Notes: generated by a model from the sequence alone, not told the origin. Positions 1-12,781 are shown, counted from the whole stretch's first letter. The stretch: 63,770 bases of DNA, filler included, from Rhabdomonas costata (GCA_019059605.1; 40 parts of 40 records of this genome joined end to end with filler, not necessarily neighbours in it); one strand, 5' to 3'. A program made the numbers and translations.

Positions 1-5
1 TGTGG

Positions 6-63
6 TGGCAGAATGATTCTCCAATAAGCCAATTAATTGGCGTATTGGAGAATCATTCTGCCA
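6..63. repeat. 58-bp near-perfect palindrome at contig start
   Basis: TGGCAGAATGATTCTCCAATA-A-GCCAATT|AATTGGC-G-TATTGGAGAATCATTCTGCCA; one mismatch, no loop. Confidence 0.9.
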
Positions 64-197
64 TCAGTCAAACATCGTCATTCCGATCAAATATCATCCT
101 CCCGCTTCTTTCGTTTTGCTTCTATTTTCGGAGTTTATGACAACTTCAGTCAGGTATAAGGCGGTGGGCTGTAGTTATGTCCTGGGAAACCATTTAG

Positions 198-1498
198 GGA
201 ATATCAGACAGTGGTCGGACCCTGCGGTGAGGGCCTTGAACCCGTTCCTCGACATTCCCGCCGGCATCACCGTGGTGATTCCCCAGGTGCTGGGTGATTG
301 GTTGAACCGCCTTTATCCGTTACAGATGTGCATTGTGCGGAAACAGTGTGCTGAAATATATGGTGCATCACATTGCGATGGGACGTATTGTCAGAGTCAG
401 TGGCGCATTGAACTTCTCTTTTCCCTTCTGTTTGTTCATTGTTGGGGCTAAGGGCGGGGGGTTGCCTGGCTAAGACCTTCAAGGCACCGCACTCAACACA
501 GGGTAGCTCCGCCCGGACCCTGGTCTTCACCGCGGCACTGTGCTCGTTCAGCGCGTCGTGGAAGGTGAAGTATGGCGCCTTCTCAGACAGCTCGGGCTTT
601 TCACGCTCCACGGCGAACGTTGTGCTCTTCGATCAGCATGATACTGCCAGCATGGTTCGTTTTTGTATCTGCCGTTTGTGTGTGCGGGCGATATTGGTTT
701 TTGTATTCGTATTTTGCTGGCAATTGTGCATTGCGATGTTCTTCCATCTTTGCACACTTCGTCCATTGGTGTGCCTCTTCCTCGGCGAAGTCATAATTTT
801 CAGTTTGATTTTTGTTTGAATTCGGGGACAGTTGTGTCTGGTTGTTCGCGTTTGTATATCTCTCTGCAATCAAAAGACGGATTTTTCTGTCTCAGGTTGC
901 AAGCACCCCATTTTCGCTCTCCTATGTGCCCCTGTTCGACGTGATCACCCAAGGCGCAACATTTGCCAGGCTGCTGAACTCCTACAACCTGTTCACCTTT
1001 CCGTTACCTGCTCCTGCCATGGATGGGCTGCGGTCAGTCATCTTGACCTCAAATCTGACGGTATGGCAACCCCTCTGCCAATTTTCCTTCCAGAAGATTG
1101 GGGTGTGTGTGTGGATGGTTGGGATCTTCTGGATGGATTTTTTGGGTGGCCTGCTTCTGTTGTTCCACCCTTCCTGGCAGGCGTCTGCCGCAGACCTTCC
1201 TGAGCTGTTGGCGTACCCCTTGCTGGGGCTAGCCTACCTGCAGGTCCACCTGCACACCCCAGACTGCGGCCAGCAAGGCCGGATCTTTGACTTCCTGAAC
1301 TGGTGCGTACTGTTTGTGTCAACGTTGTGTGCGAAGCTGCGTGATTCCATTGCAAAGCAGTGCGAGTACTGCAACCCAGACAACTGTACCTCTAACCCCC
1401 CAAAGGGTGCTGGTCAGCTCGGCGGCATCGGCCACGGCGCTCTCCCTGGGGTTCTTCCCGCTGCCCCCGGAGATGACCACCGTGGCGTTGCGCCGGCT
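198..1498 (+). CDS. Multi-exon gene fragment with a PstS-like (type 2 periplasmic binding) domain; exons ~198-286, 502-654, 896-1060, 1181-1302, 1406-1498
   Basis: GT-AG splicing joins in frame: GNIRQWSDPAVRALNP..ITVV / GSSARTLVFTAALCSFSASW / SLSYV..ARLLN / AYPLLGLAY..FDFLNW / ALSLGFFPLP. This follows the PstS motif order (ITKWND..LNP, GSGTT..FT, IGYV, AYPI, FL.W, GY.PLP). Confidence 0.75.
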
Positions 1499-1598
1499 NN
1501 NNNNNNNNNNNNNNNNNNNNNNNNNNNNNNNNNNNNNNNNNNTTAATTAATTAANNNNNNNNNNNNNNNNNNNNNNNNNNNNNNNNNNNNNNNNNNNN
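1499..1598. other. Artificial contig linker (N-run, TTAATTAATTAA, N-run); first of 39, recurring every ~1.6 kb
   Basis: Identical 100-bp spacer with stops in all six frames between ~1494-1498 bp contigs of decreasing length; neighbouring contigs are therefore unlinked. Confidence 0.98.
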
Positions 1599-2689
1599 GT
1601 GGGGCCTTCCCTATTCCCACTTCACCAGCTGCTTTATTCAGCAAGTTCACCGGAGGATGGGTGAGTATACACGCAACTTTCGCGGAGATCACTGATGGGG
1701 TTTGCACGTTTACACCACCCAGTTCCGGTGAGTTTTTACGGCTTCTGGGTGTTGGGGAGCGAATGTGCCGGTGCGCAAGCAAGTGAACTCTAACGCGTAG
1801 ATGTACGCTTGGGAGCAGGCGGTGAACCTTTACGTGCCGTGTGGTGAACATGCAGAACACGGTTACCAACAGGGCTATGTCTGCGAGCATTCAGGCAGCG
1901 CGCGTGGATGCAAGGGACATTTTTTTGCTGCTTCAATCTTTTTTTCGTTCACCTCTGGATTCGTCCATTCTCCTTCTTTTCAGACGTGTGACAGACGACT
2001 CTATGATATGACAGCCTTTGCGGAGCCATTTCGGGTCTTTCTTTAGTGTTATGGATTTGTGTGGGACAGAGTGTTTCTTTGAGGGAAGATGTTTGGTGTA
2101 TAGTATGTGCACAGAATTTTTTCCGGCATCATTGCTTGGCCCACATTGGTTCACATGGTTTCAACCCAGCAGGAATCACTTTCCCGGCCACCCTAAATTC
2201 ACAGCCGCACACGTATATAGCGTCCGCACAACCACGCATGCCCGCTCGCACAGTACCGATATTGCCCGCGGGCGTTGCTCTGGACCCTCACTTCCTCCGC
2301 AGAGGATCCACCACCACGGGCGGGTGGTGCCCACGGAGGAACACCCAGCTGCTGCCGCTCCTGCACAACGTGTTGAGAGCACAGCTTCAGAAGGTCATCC
2401 TATGTCCTCAAAAGGCAGGCATTCCGTCTTCTGGTAGCTGCAGTGTTTGACTGCCCTCCCTGCAACGTTCTGGAGGTCAGCTTTGGGGAAATGTTCTCCT
2501 CCTGAGGTGTGAGGCTGAAACTTTTTTTGGGTTCCGGCGTGAACCATACTCTGTTGGGATGGAATTATTTTGGACGCGAAGAACAGACGCGGTGCGGCTG
2601 GAGCCACCCCATCCACAGTGATATAAACTGGAAGAAACCCAAACGCTTCAAATCGCTCACTGTTCGCCAGCATCACCGCAGAACGTACC

Positions 2690-2860
2690 TCGGAAACCAT
2701 CGCCACCGGCGGTGGCGGTGGCGGCTGGAACTGCTGCTGCTGCTGGTACAGAGGCTGCTGCTGCTGCTGCTGCTGAAACAGAGGCGGTGGCGGCGGTTCC
2801 CTTGCAAAAGGATGGTCGTGGTGGGCCACACCAGGGTCAGCTGGGGGGTAATAGCCATGA
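2690..2860 (-). CDS. Probable exon encoding a Gln/Pro-rich low-complexity segment
   Basis: HGYYPPADP..PPPPPLFQQQQQQQPLYQQQQQFQPPPPPP, bounded by ctctcag and GTACGT. Confidence 0.4.
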
Positions 2861-3822
2861 CCTGAGAGGAGGGGACCATCAAAGCACCTCACAACAAGCT
2901 CGAAAAACAACGTCCCAGCCAGAGTTGCGGAAATGGCTTTCGGAAGGAGTGCGAAGACCCCTAAAGACCAAATTCCCCAATCCTGATATTTTTAACCGCC
3001 ATGGAAAAATTCGTCTAGCTCAGGGAAAGTTTAGAAGGTAATCAGAGCACGCCCCACCACAACCAAATGAGACAATGACACACGCACCAACAAACANNNN
3101 NNNNNNNNNNNNNNNNNNNNNNNNNNNNNNNNNNNNNNNNTTAATTAATTAANNNNNNNNNNNNNNNNNNNNNNNNNNNNNNNNNNNNNNNNNNNNGTGT
3201 GTGTGTGATATTTCCTTAAAGGTAAAAAAAAAGGTGAAAAAAGATGTGAGTCTCTGCTAGCCTTTATTTACCCATTATTGGAACGGAAGCGATCCTGGGT
3301 CAAGTACGAGGTTGGTTGCGAGGGCTTTGAGCAATGATACCGAACTGCTTCAAATTGATGCGAAAGAATTATTCGGTGAGTTTTAGAGGCAACACCAAGT
3401 TCGGCAGAAGCGTTATCTGGCAGCTGGGGCTGTGCCAGTGGCTTCAATTTTGCCTATGGTGCAAGGGTCCGGATTGCAGGATAAAAAGCAAAGAGACCCC
3501 AGTAGTCCTTCTCTTATCGCTTCCATTTTTTGCTCTGTTATTTTCACTTCGCCCATTCCCTGAGATGGTAACGCTCAGAAATACGAACCGTTCGCGGACA
3601 GCAACCTGATCCACTCCTCCACCCAAAAAGTCGACAAAAACTGATGTTTTTCTGTGCTTTCCCCGTCTCGAATGAATCATCGCCAGTTTATTCTTGCCGG
3701 CTGTACGGAAACACCCTCCCCTTTCTGTGCACTTCTCGGTTTGCTCGTTGTGATGTCGACATGTCAGTACTTCACAACCCGTTGGGATTGTCCAGCATGC
3801 GTGGAAGTTCGAAACTGCAGGC

Positions 3823-4388
3823 TCAGTACTCAGGAGGGGTGTGGTAGGTCAGGTAGAGGATCCGGAGGTACTGCGCGTCGACCAGGGGGTCGTGTTCCCC
3901 GCTGCATTCGTCCGGGATCTCATCCCCGAGGATCCACTGAGAAGAGAAGAGAGAAAAGAAAAGACAAGAAAAGGAGTCCAACTTTGAACCCGAAGAAGAA
4001 GAACTATGCCAAAATAAAGTGCTGAATGAAGGTGTGGCGGGTGACACATACTTGAAACAAACAAAGGATGGATATTCTGGCGCGCATAAAACAAACAACG
4101 AAAAGCAGCCACGACGTTCTTGCGACATCCCCAAAATCGAAGGAACATATTTCAGGTGGCGTTCGGCATCGTCGGGTATCTGTCTTCATCCCTCCTCCTC
4201 CTCTCCAATTCCACTGCCTTCGAGGTGGTGCATGGTGTGTCCAGTCCACCCGGCGGGTCTTGTGGGGCGTACCTTGACCTGGTGAGCCAAGGGGAAGTAC
4301 TGAGTCAGGGTTGGTGAGAGCTTCAGGGAGAACCAATCCGCGATGTCGAAGACAGCCGCGCAGTCCTCCCCCACACGGATGCCCAGCG
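3823..4388 (-). CDS. Last two exons (~4388-4273, 3936-3823) of a possible DEDDh/REX-type exonuclease
   Basis: In-frame splice K|W gives ALGIRV..VFDIADWF..KWILGDEIP..GEHDPLVDAQYLRILY*, resembling the ExoIII H-x4-D-A motif. Confidence 0.4.
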
Positions 4389-4794
4389 CTGAGAAGGGGG
4401 GGGGGGACGTGCCCGAATCAATCCGGAGGAGCGAGGCAATCGTAAAAGTGAAGGCCCCCACCGGATCTTGGGTGTGGCTCGAAATGCTGAATGTTGAAAG
4501 GGGGGCTCAATTTTGGGTCGAGTGAGAGGTTTCATGTTTCGTGCAGATCCGCTCGTCACCGTAGGCATGTTGGAGTGAGGTGGCGAAGGACATGGATGAT
4601 GCCTCCGAGAGGGTCCCCCACCAACACACACACACACACACACAATTAAGCAAGACTGTCTTTCTGGGGAAGTGCCCAACCAAACACACCAACANNNNNN
4701 NNNNNNNNNNNNNNNNNNNNNNNNNNNNNNNNNNNNNNTTAATTAATTAANNNNNNNNNNNNNNNNNNNNNNNNNNNNNNNNNNNNNNNNNNNN

Positions 4795-6121
4795 AACAGG
4801 ATCTCCGCGTTGCCGCTGCGGGCCAGACCGTAGGCCTCACCCAGCTGCGCTGCCAGTCCCGCCGGAAGCTCCGCCCCACTCTCCGCGAAGCTGTCCAGGA
4901 AGAAGCACACCTGCGTGGAGGGGGGGATATATCCACAGCAAAAGTGCCAAAAAGCCAAACCCCCAGAGGCAAAGATAAGCGGTCAGCATCACAATGCTGA
5001 CCAGTGTTAAGAGGACTAAGAAGTAAGAAGAGCGCAAAACATGGAATCCCATCGTCCATCGTCCAGCTCCAATGGCCTATAATTGTCCGCATCAGCTCAT
5101 AAAAGTTCAAACGTGGTGAAAAACTGGGTTCTCACTTCGTGTCGGATTTTCGAACTCTCTATCTTTTAAGGTGCCATATTCACGCCGGAAATCACGAGTG
5201 ACCATGGACCATCACGATCAAGATGCAATCCAAAGGGACAAATAATAACACAGCAAAGCTACCCCACATGCACTGAGAGAAGGGGTGTAAAGAGAGAAGA
5301 GAGGGCTTACTTGCTTGGTGTTCCAGCCCTGAAGATCAGCTATGGAGCGACCAGTGGGGCCCGACTTGAGCCAGAGCTGAACAAGTTCCTTGCAGCGGTC
5401 GGCAAGAACGGAGGCGAACTTTCTAAAAAGGAAAACCAAAAACCCATCCGAAAAGAATGGGGACCACAAACCCTTGTGGTGATCAACCTAGTACTTCCAA
5501 GGAGGGACGGTTCCGGTCTGCTGGTCTCGCAAGCTCGCTGAAAGGGGTGCTCACCCAGCCTCAGACCTGTGTAACGGGAGTGAAGAATGCAGGTAGGGTG
5601 TCAACTGACCAACTCTGTGACGTCCCTGAGATCGCTGGCGTCTGCGCTGGCGTCTGTCTAACGAATCCCATTGCAGTCTGTTGCGAAAACTTAGTTGCTG
5701 GGTGCAGCGAACAAGGGAGGGGCTCATTTGCGCTCATCTGCTTCGCGCTACACCCTGTTGCTGCCCCCACCGAGCAAGAGCCAAGGGTTGCTCTTCCACT
5801 GACGAGGTTGTCAGTGATGTGGGGAGAGCATAGGGAACGATCCTCACCGCCTTCCAAGCAGCAATGACATACGGGTCGTACGGGGGCATACCCGGGGCGT
5901 CGATACACTTGGCCCAGTCCACCTGGGCCAGCTTCTCGGAGGCCGCGGGGTTGGCGGCGCGGAAGTAGGAGAGCAGGTGGGCGTGGAACTGTGGTGTGGT
6001 GATGGACTGCCCTGCAAAGTCTCGGATATAGGCCCGCAGCCACCCAAGGAAGGCCTCCTGGCCCCCAACTACGGGCCGCAGGGCGTTCAGGAGGTTGAAG
6101 CCCTTCTCATAGGGCACGGAG
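4795..6121 (-). CDS. LTA4H: Leukotriene A4 hydrolase-like M1 aminopeptidase, C-terminal exons (6121-5873, 5422-5311, 4910-4795)
   Basis: SSVPYEKGFNLL..VDW..PGMPP; VLADRCKELVQLW..DLQGWNTKQ; FFLD..YGL..GNAEIL; canonical splice sites, frames join. Confidence 0.88.
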
Positions 6122-6600
6122 CTGTCGTGAGTTTGGCGAGTTTGGGAGGGGTGTGAGCTGTGGCAGTGAGAGAAGAAAGAGGAAGAGCTTTTCAGCAATC
6201 TCAGCACTGGATAGTTGGTCGTGGTCGACCTCTCTGCCAGTGGTAACCAACCAACCGTAATAGTAATACAATCTGAGTTAACCACCAAACCCNNNNNNNN
6301 NNNNNNNNNNNNNNNNNNNNNNNNNNNNNNNNNNNNTTAATTAATTAANNNNNNNNNNNNNNNNNNNNNNNNNNNNNNNNNNNNNNNNNNNNCAGGCCAA
6401 CGGGGTTTTAAAAGGCATCATGTCCAAGATGGAGAATGGATATGTCGATGTGCGTAGGTGTGATTTCCCAGTCACCCGTGAACCTTGCGTTCCCAACAAT
6501 TTCCGCCGGAAGTGCCCACGACGGGCGGAATACTGTAAACTCCTTCCCCCCTTACCCTACAGCCCAACTCCGCTCTGGGAGCTGGGGGTGGCTCTCCTAT

Positions 6601-7885
6601 TCACTTAGCCTTCGGGACCTCCTGCCAGGTGACGTGGAACGAGTCCCCCGCTCCCGACGCCGCGGTGCTCGCCGCTGTCCCGCTCAGCGGGGGGTGCTTG
6701 CCGCTGGCCTTCTGCTGCTGCTGCTGCAGAAGGCGGAGGTGTTCACCCCTCTCCTCCTCCAGGTCCTCAGTGACCGCGGCCTCATCTGAGGAGCCGGAAG
6801 ACCGCAGTCTGTCAATCTCGTGGAGGAGGCTGTTGAAGGCGAACAGGAGGGCCATCAGGAGGTCCGTGAGTAGGCACAGGTAGATGTTCCTCTGAATGTC
6901 ACACACCCCATGCGTGCGCGAGGCATTGCTGGCAGGTCTTTCCGCATCCACGGGCTTTCGAGTTTTCAGTTTTCGAACATCTGGCTGCATCTCCGAGGGT
7001 AATACCGAGGGTAATACCGAGGGTACGTACATCCATCCCCTGTTTGGCGGAGGTTCTTGGGAAATCCAACTCTCTGTGCTTGTCCAGTCAGACCTGAGTG
7101 GCTCGGAGGTCTAGCTTTTTAACTCCTCTCTCCCCCCTCCCCCTGCACACACGCACATCGTTTCGCCGTTTACGGAAATTTGGGGAACAGGTGAAGTTCG
7201 CTTTGTGTTTGGGGTCTTTGGGTGAAATCAGTGTCAGCGATAATTCGTCGATTCTGAGGTGTTGCTATTCTGCACAATCGTTTCACATCGTTTTATTTTT
7301 AGAGTGGTGGTTACTCTCGAGTGTCCACTCAAAAGCGCGCGCGAGCGAAAAGAAGAGAGCAAAAGGGAACGTCGTCAGTCACAAGAAACCTGCACATGAC
7401 AACAGCAGCAAAGTGTGCCATGAACAGTTGGTTTCTGTCCCCTGTCCATACACAAGAACTGTGCAAAACAGGGCCAACCTTTTTCCCGCCCATATCGTAT
7501 CCTGCTCACATCCACCGCCCAGGCGGGGGCTCTGGACACTCACTGTCCCGCCTTCGCCGCCGCCCCATGGCTCATGGAACCGCTCGCATCTCCTTGGGCA
7601 AGCAGCCCATTGGCGCGCCCTGCCTAAGGAGCTCGCACCCAAGGCGCGGTACCAGCGGTGCTTGGGGTAGCCTCGCTGCCCCATGAACCTCACCGCCTGG
7701 CGGATGGAGGCCGGAAGACCTCCAACGCCAGGGTCCGTGTACCGCACCAGCTTGGAGGCCAGCCCAGCCAACAGCCCACGCAGCAGAGCAGGCGCACGCG
7801 GATCCTGCCACTCCGGCCAGGTTCTCACGTCGCCACTCTCACCCTGGCGATCGGCGTCTGTCCGATACGTCAAGGTGGCCACCAC
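6601..7885 (-). CDS. Exons of an uncharacterised protein (~7885-7545 and ~6890-6601)
   Basis: GC-rich coding-like segments; no family recognised. Confidence 0.35.
6993..7025. repeat. Short tandem repeat (CCGAGGGTAATA) x~2.7
   Basis: Read directly from the sequence. Confidence 0.8.
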
Positions 7886-7998
7886 CCCACNNNNNNNNNN
7901 NNNNNNNNNNNNNNNNNNNNNNNNNNNNNNNNNNTTAATTAATTAANNNNNNNNNNNNNNNNNNNNNNNNNNNNNNNNNNNNNNNNNNNNGTGGTTGG

Positions 7999-8130
7999 GT
8001 GCTGGGCAACTGCAGTCCGGCATCGTTCGGGTCGATGGGAACGAAGACGCAGCGGGCGTTCACCGTGGTCTCGCCGTGCGTGCCCCGTGGGCTGGTGCTG
8101 CAGAAGCTGGCGAAGCTGGTGCCCTTCGGG
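7999..8130 (+). CDS. Exon weakly resembling the C-terminal part of a class III nucleotide cyclase domain
   Basis: ASFGSMGTKTQRAFTVVSPCV..LQKLAK resembles the G-N-x-G..R..(F/Y)TV.G..V..L motif but is degenerate. Confidence 0.3.
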
Positions 8131-10548
8131 GTGTGTGTGGCTGTTTATGCCTGTTTGTCTGTGTGCTGGGTCTTGGTGGTTGGTTTAGGGGATGCTTCCT
8201 ACGTTTTCTTCCAATGCTGCGGCCGCTGCAGGTCTTCGTACCTTTTTTGTGTTGCCTCTCTCGGTTGCTGCTCAGCGTTTCTGTCACGTGGACAATGCTG
8301 AGCTGCCTTTCGCGTGACGACCGAGGAGAAGGTTTTCCCTGTCCATCATAGGTCGCTGATCGAACACCGTGAATAAGCGAAGTTAAGAGTTGAGCTGCTC
8401 TGATTCAAAATGGGGAATTTCCCAGGAAATGCCCGAGGGCTCCGTGATATGAGCCCCTGCTCCACTGGGGAGCCTCCAGGATTCCCCAACCCCCCGCGAG
8501 CTTACAAGTGGGTCTGATGCATTGGGGAGTGGAAGGGATGGGGTGGGGTATATAATATAGGGCCTACACAGGCCCAATGCAAAGGTATCCTTCTGGTGGC
8601 CAGCCTGGCTGCCAAAGCCTGGCTGCCCCACTACCGCACCACTGTACAGCCCCCACTTGTGTGCGGGGGTCCCACTCACAGGGTTCCGCGTTCAGGGATA
8701 CCCTGCTATATTATTCTCTAGCCGGGGTCAAATTGTTTAACAACGTCAACGGTGAGGTACAAAACTATGCCGTCATTTGGCCACCGGAAAACTCACTCAC
8801 TCAAAAGTGTGGCTTTTTGGTGCTCATAAACCACAAAGATTCCCCCACCCCCCCCAGACAACGTCTCCGCCTCAGCCGCCCCAAGCAGTGGCGCCGCCGC
8901 CGAAGCGAGCCCGCAGTGCTGGTCTTCTCCACTAAACTATCGCTGTCCCTTCGGTGAGCGATCTCCTGGGAACCGTTCATCGCTTTTCCCGGCCATAGTC
9001 ACCCAAGTCCACCCAACAACACCAGAATTACCGAGATTTCGCCGTTTAACAGCGTTTTGAAGCTGATTAACGTTGTGACCTTTTTAACCTCCCCCCTTTT
9101 CCAACAATACTTCTCTCTCTGCCTTGATAGAGATGGGGAGAGACATCCCGTACCATCCCTGTCACTTCAGGTAGTTGGCGTCAAATATGGTATCTCCTCC
9201 TGACCTAAGGGAAGTGTCCATGCCGGGGTTCAAAGCAAGGGAAACCCTGCTTGGAGGCAGGGCAGTGAGGACGGGCTGGCCATCTCAGATTTGGGCACAA
9301 GGGTCCGTTCGAGCTGCTTAAAAATTCCTATCTGTGTGGTAGGAGGAAAGGTTCTGTATGGGAATTGAGGCTCGTCCGACGGGCTCGGATGTACGGATCG
9401 GTGACACAGTCAGATTCAGGGCAAATGAAAAGGGTCAGATTGGAAATGCGGTGCGTGGGCCCCAGTAGCTCACTATATACAAAACACANNNNNNNNNNNN
9501 NNNNNNNNNNNNNNNNNNNNNNNNNNNNNNNNTTAATTAATTAANNNNNNNNNNNNNNNNNNNNNNNNNNNNNNNNNNNNNNNNNNNNAATAGCACGGTT
9601 GTTCATCTTGTCGGGCTTTTTTAGGCGCGGCAGCCCCAAGCTCTGGCGCGGACGGAAACCTGACTGCCACGGAGTCTGCAGCTGCCGAGCTCCCCTCTGA
9701 TGGCATATGCCCGCAGCCTTCCTCCTCCCCTCTAAGCCAACGACTTTTTTCTTCTGTACATTCGGTCATTTCACTGGGGTGCTGTGATTTGTGCAAGAGC
9801 ACCGCCCGCCTCGCCTCCTGCTTTCTTTGATTCATGCCGCGGACTGTTTTCCTTTTGGGGCTTTTTCATTCTTTCAGACCTTTGCATCAAGGGAGACAGA
9901 ACGTGCGTATTCTTGTGGGTGACGATCGCGAGTTCCTTGCAGTGTTGTTCAGATCGCATTTGCGGGGGGAGGTGGGGATTCGATTGCACCGGGCACCCAC
10001 CTTTTCCTTCTCTGGGATTTCTGTGCTCAACAGACTGCTCTGCTTCTCTCCTGACTGCACCTTCTTCACGCAGAGTCCAGCGCGCAGGGCGCATCTCACA
10101 CCACACAAGAGATCCTGGAGGCCCTGTCCCGGGACCCCGAGCAAGGACCTCTGCTTCAGGTTGGGACATCCACCTGAATACCAGAAGCTCTTTATCTTCT
10201 CAGACTTCCTCACCACAATCGCTCACACTTCCGCGCACTGAGTCACTGGACAGCTTGGAGCTTGGGTTGAGCCAGTGACACAACAGAAGCCATGAGAGTC
10301 TTCGATTTCGCAGTTGTTCTGAAATCACAGGAGAAATCACTGCAGAATCTCCTCAAGAACCACACGAGAAACGAAGCAACATTTCGACAAGACGGCAGGT
10401 CAGCATACGCACACGGTTTCGTAGTTGTGGTGAACAACAGGCAGCCACGCAACAGCCAGTGCGGCGAAAGGTTTGCGTGGGGAGTTTAGGGGAGTCCTTT
10501 TTCTCACTAGTCCTGCAGAGGGAAATGGGTGTGACCGGATTTTGACAG

Positions 10549-11021
10549 GCTGTCTACGTCAATATGGCGTACGTGGCGCTGATGATGAACAACCCCAGCG
10601 TTGCCTTGTACGAGGCCAAGCAGCTGCTGAAGATGCCCGGTTGCAGCCGGGAGAACAAGTGAGTGCGGGTGGGGTGGGGGTGAGATGCACTTCGACTTTC
10701 TAAGTGTTCGTGGGTGTGAACCTCTGCCCAGCAGGAGGGGTGATCGACACCTTCCACTGCATCAACGCCTCGGACACACTGTGTTAATGTGCGAAGGTCC
10801 CCTCCATTTGCTCTCTTTGCTGGGTGGCGACCTTTGTGAGGACGAGTTTACTTATCCCTAACTTTATCACCCCCAACACGCACACTACGATTCACCACGG
10901 GCTGCCTCCGCAGGATTGTGGTGCTTTCCTACATTGCCGAGGCCTTGTGCTGGCTCAACCGCCCTTCCGAGGCCCTGCAGATTCTGCACAATGTCAACGT
11001 GCAGGAACTTCTGGCCGACAA
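10549..11021 (+). CDS. CNOT10: CCR4-NOT complex subunit 10-like TPR protein, exons 10549-10658 and 10914-11021
   Basis: AYVALMMNNPSVALYEAKQLL..SRENK|IVVLSYIAEALCWLNRPSEALQIL matches the CNOT10 AYVAL..AL..A..LL / Y.AEAL..L.R..A motif. Confidence 0.75.
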
Positions 11022-11084
11022 GTGTGTGTGTGTGTGTGTGTTGGGGGTGATAAAGTTAGGGATAAGTAAACTCGTCCCCACAAA
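10833..11084. repeat. 53-bp inverted repeat (10833-10885 / 11032-11084) flanking an exon
   Basis: TTTGTGAGGACGAGTTTACTTATCCCTAACTTTATCACCCCCAACACGCACAC versus its reverse complement at the contig end; 2 mismatches. Confidence 0.9.
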
Positions 11085-12298
11085 CNNNNNNNNNNNNNNN
11101 NNNNNNNNNNNNNNNNNNNNNNNNNNNNNTTAATTAATTAANNNNNNNNNNNNNNNNNNNNNNNNNNNNNNNNNNNNNNNNNNNNGTGGTTGTGGGGACA
11201 CGCTGTGCCACACAGTCCCCTTGTCCCCACAAACCAGCTATTGACACACCATGAGGGGGGGGGGGCTGCTGGTGCGCCAACTGATATCCATACCTTTTTT
11301 GGCAGGCCCTTGTGTGCACGCCATACTTGGGTTGTAGTAACTGAAGGCGTTTTCAACTGAAGGTGAAACTGAAGGTGTTTTCATTCGTTAATTCTTTCGT
11401 TTGACCCGTCGCACCGTTTGACTCCGAAAGCTGACTCTGCTCCTCCCCGTGGAGCACCGAGTCCACACAAGATATGAGATGGTGCTGCCAGCTAACGTGT
11501 GTCTCCGTTCGCAACGAAGAAATCCGCCGGGTTCGTACTGACCGACGGATCGTCGGCGACGCCCTGGTCCTGGGACGCCACCGATGATGAACCCGATTGA
11601 CACGGGCGCCGCTAATGGAGCGGCTGATCACATACCGAGAAGAGGGGATTTTAGCCTGACCTAAGTTCACGAAGGGAGGAGGCAGCAATAGCCTCCTTGA
11701 ACCTGAAAGCAGCTGGCGAACTCTCCTTTAGGGTGGAAGCGGTGCAAAACATACCAGATCTGCGGCCCGGTTCTGCACGGTCTCCAGCTCGCGACGAACT
11801 GTGCGCAGATCCTCCTATACCGTTGAGGATTTGCATTTGTATGCTGAGGCCAGGGGATGAAGAGTGGGAGAGCGTTTCTTCATGTTGTCCGTTTCACTTC
11901 AACAAAATCAAGGGAGATGGGTGGAATTTTTTCAGGTGGATACTATTCGGACTTACACCAGTTGAAGGATCTTCATGCTTCGCCACTGACGGACTAAGTT
12001 TTCAACTCTGTGCTTTGCCATGAAACGCGCCAATCATGGGATGGGTGACTAGGTGGCCCCAACATCCATGGGCAAGTTTCTGAACTTCCCAATCAATCTG
12101 TCGGATTTCCAAGAAGCCAAGACAGAGAGGCGAACGTGACCCCACGTTACCTTCAATTTGCGCTCAAAAGAAGGTAAATGCACACGGTTCTCGGATGCAC
12201 TTCTGTCGCTTTTGGTATAATTTCAGTGTTTCTGCCCATTTTTCTCTGTTGCAAAGCGCAGATGCTTCACATCACATTTAACAAGGGATAGTCGTGAC

Positions 12299-12347
12299 CA
12301 CCTTCCACCACAATTACAAATACACCTTCCACCACAATTACAAAATA
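12299..12347. repeat. 24-bp tandem duplication
   Basis: CACCTTCCACCACAATTACAAATA occurs twice (second copy has one extra A). Confidence 0.8.
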
Positions 12348-12781
12348 CGTCCCACGTTTTTCCTTACTACTTCTCTTCTTCTGCGTGCTCGCAGGTCACC
12401 GATGACCCCGAGGCACAGCAAGAAAAACAGCACACCACCAAGGGGGTGCGGCCAATCCGCAGAATGCGCAGCTTCTCCTCCACGGTGCGACGCTCGTCGT
12501 TGCGAATCGGGTTCGCCGACTCACTGAGCTTCGACAGCTCAGCCAAAAGCTCACTCTGTGGGTGCAAAATGGTGTGACCCCCCTCCCAATCCGCCCAAAC
12601 GCAGAGGAGGACATGAAGCAACTTCTCTATCGGGAATACAGGGCCTCAAGCTCCTCGTGGACAACACAACCCCAAACACACNNNNNNNNNNNNNNNNNNN
12701 NNNNNNNNNNNNNNNNNNNNNNNNNTTAATTAATTAANNNNNNNNNNNNNNNNNNNNNNNNNNNNNNNNNNNNNNNNNNNN

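Noticed and set aside
812-1546. Single 244-aa ORF as one protein
   Set aside because: It reads through introns; the spliced PstS-like model explains it better. The same applies to many ORF-track entries.
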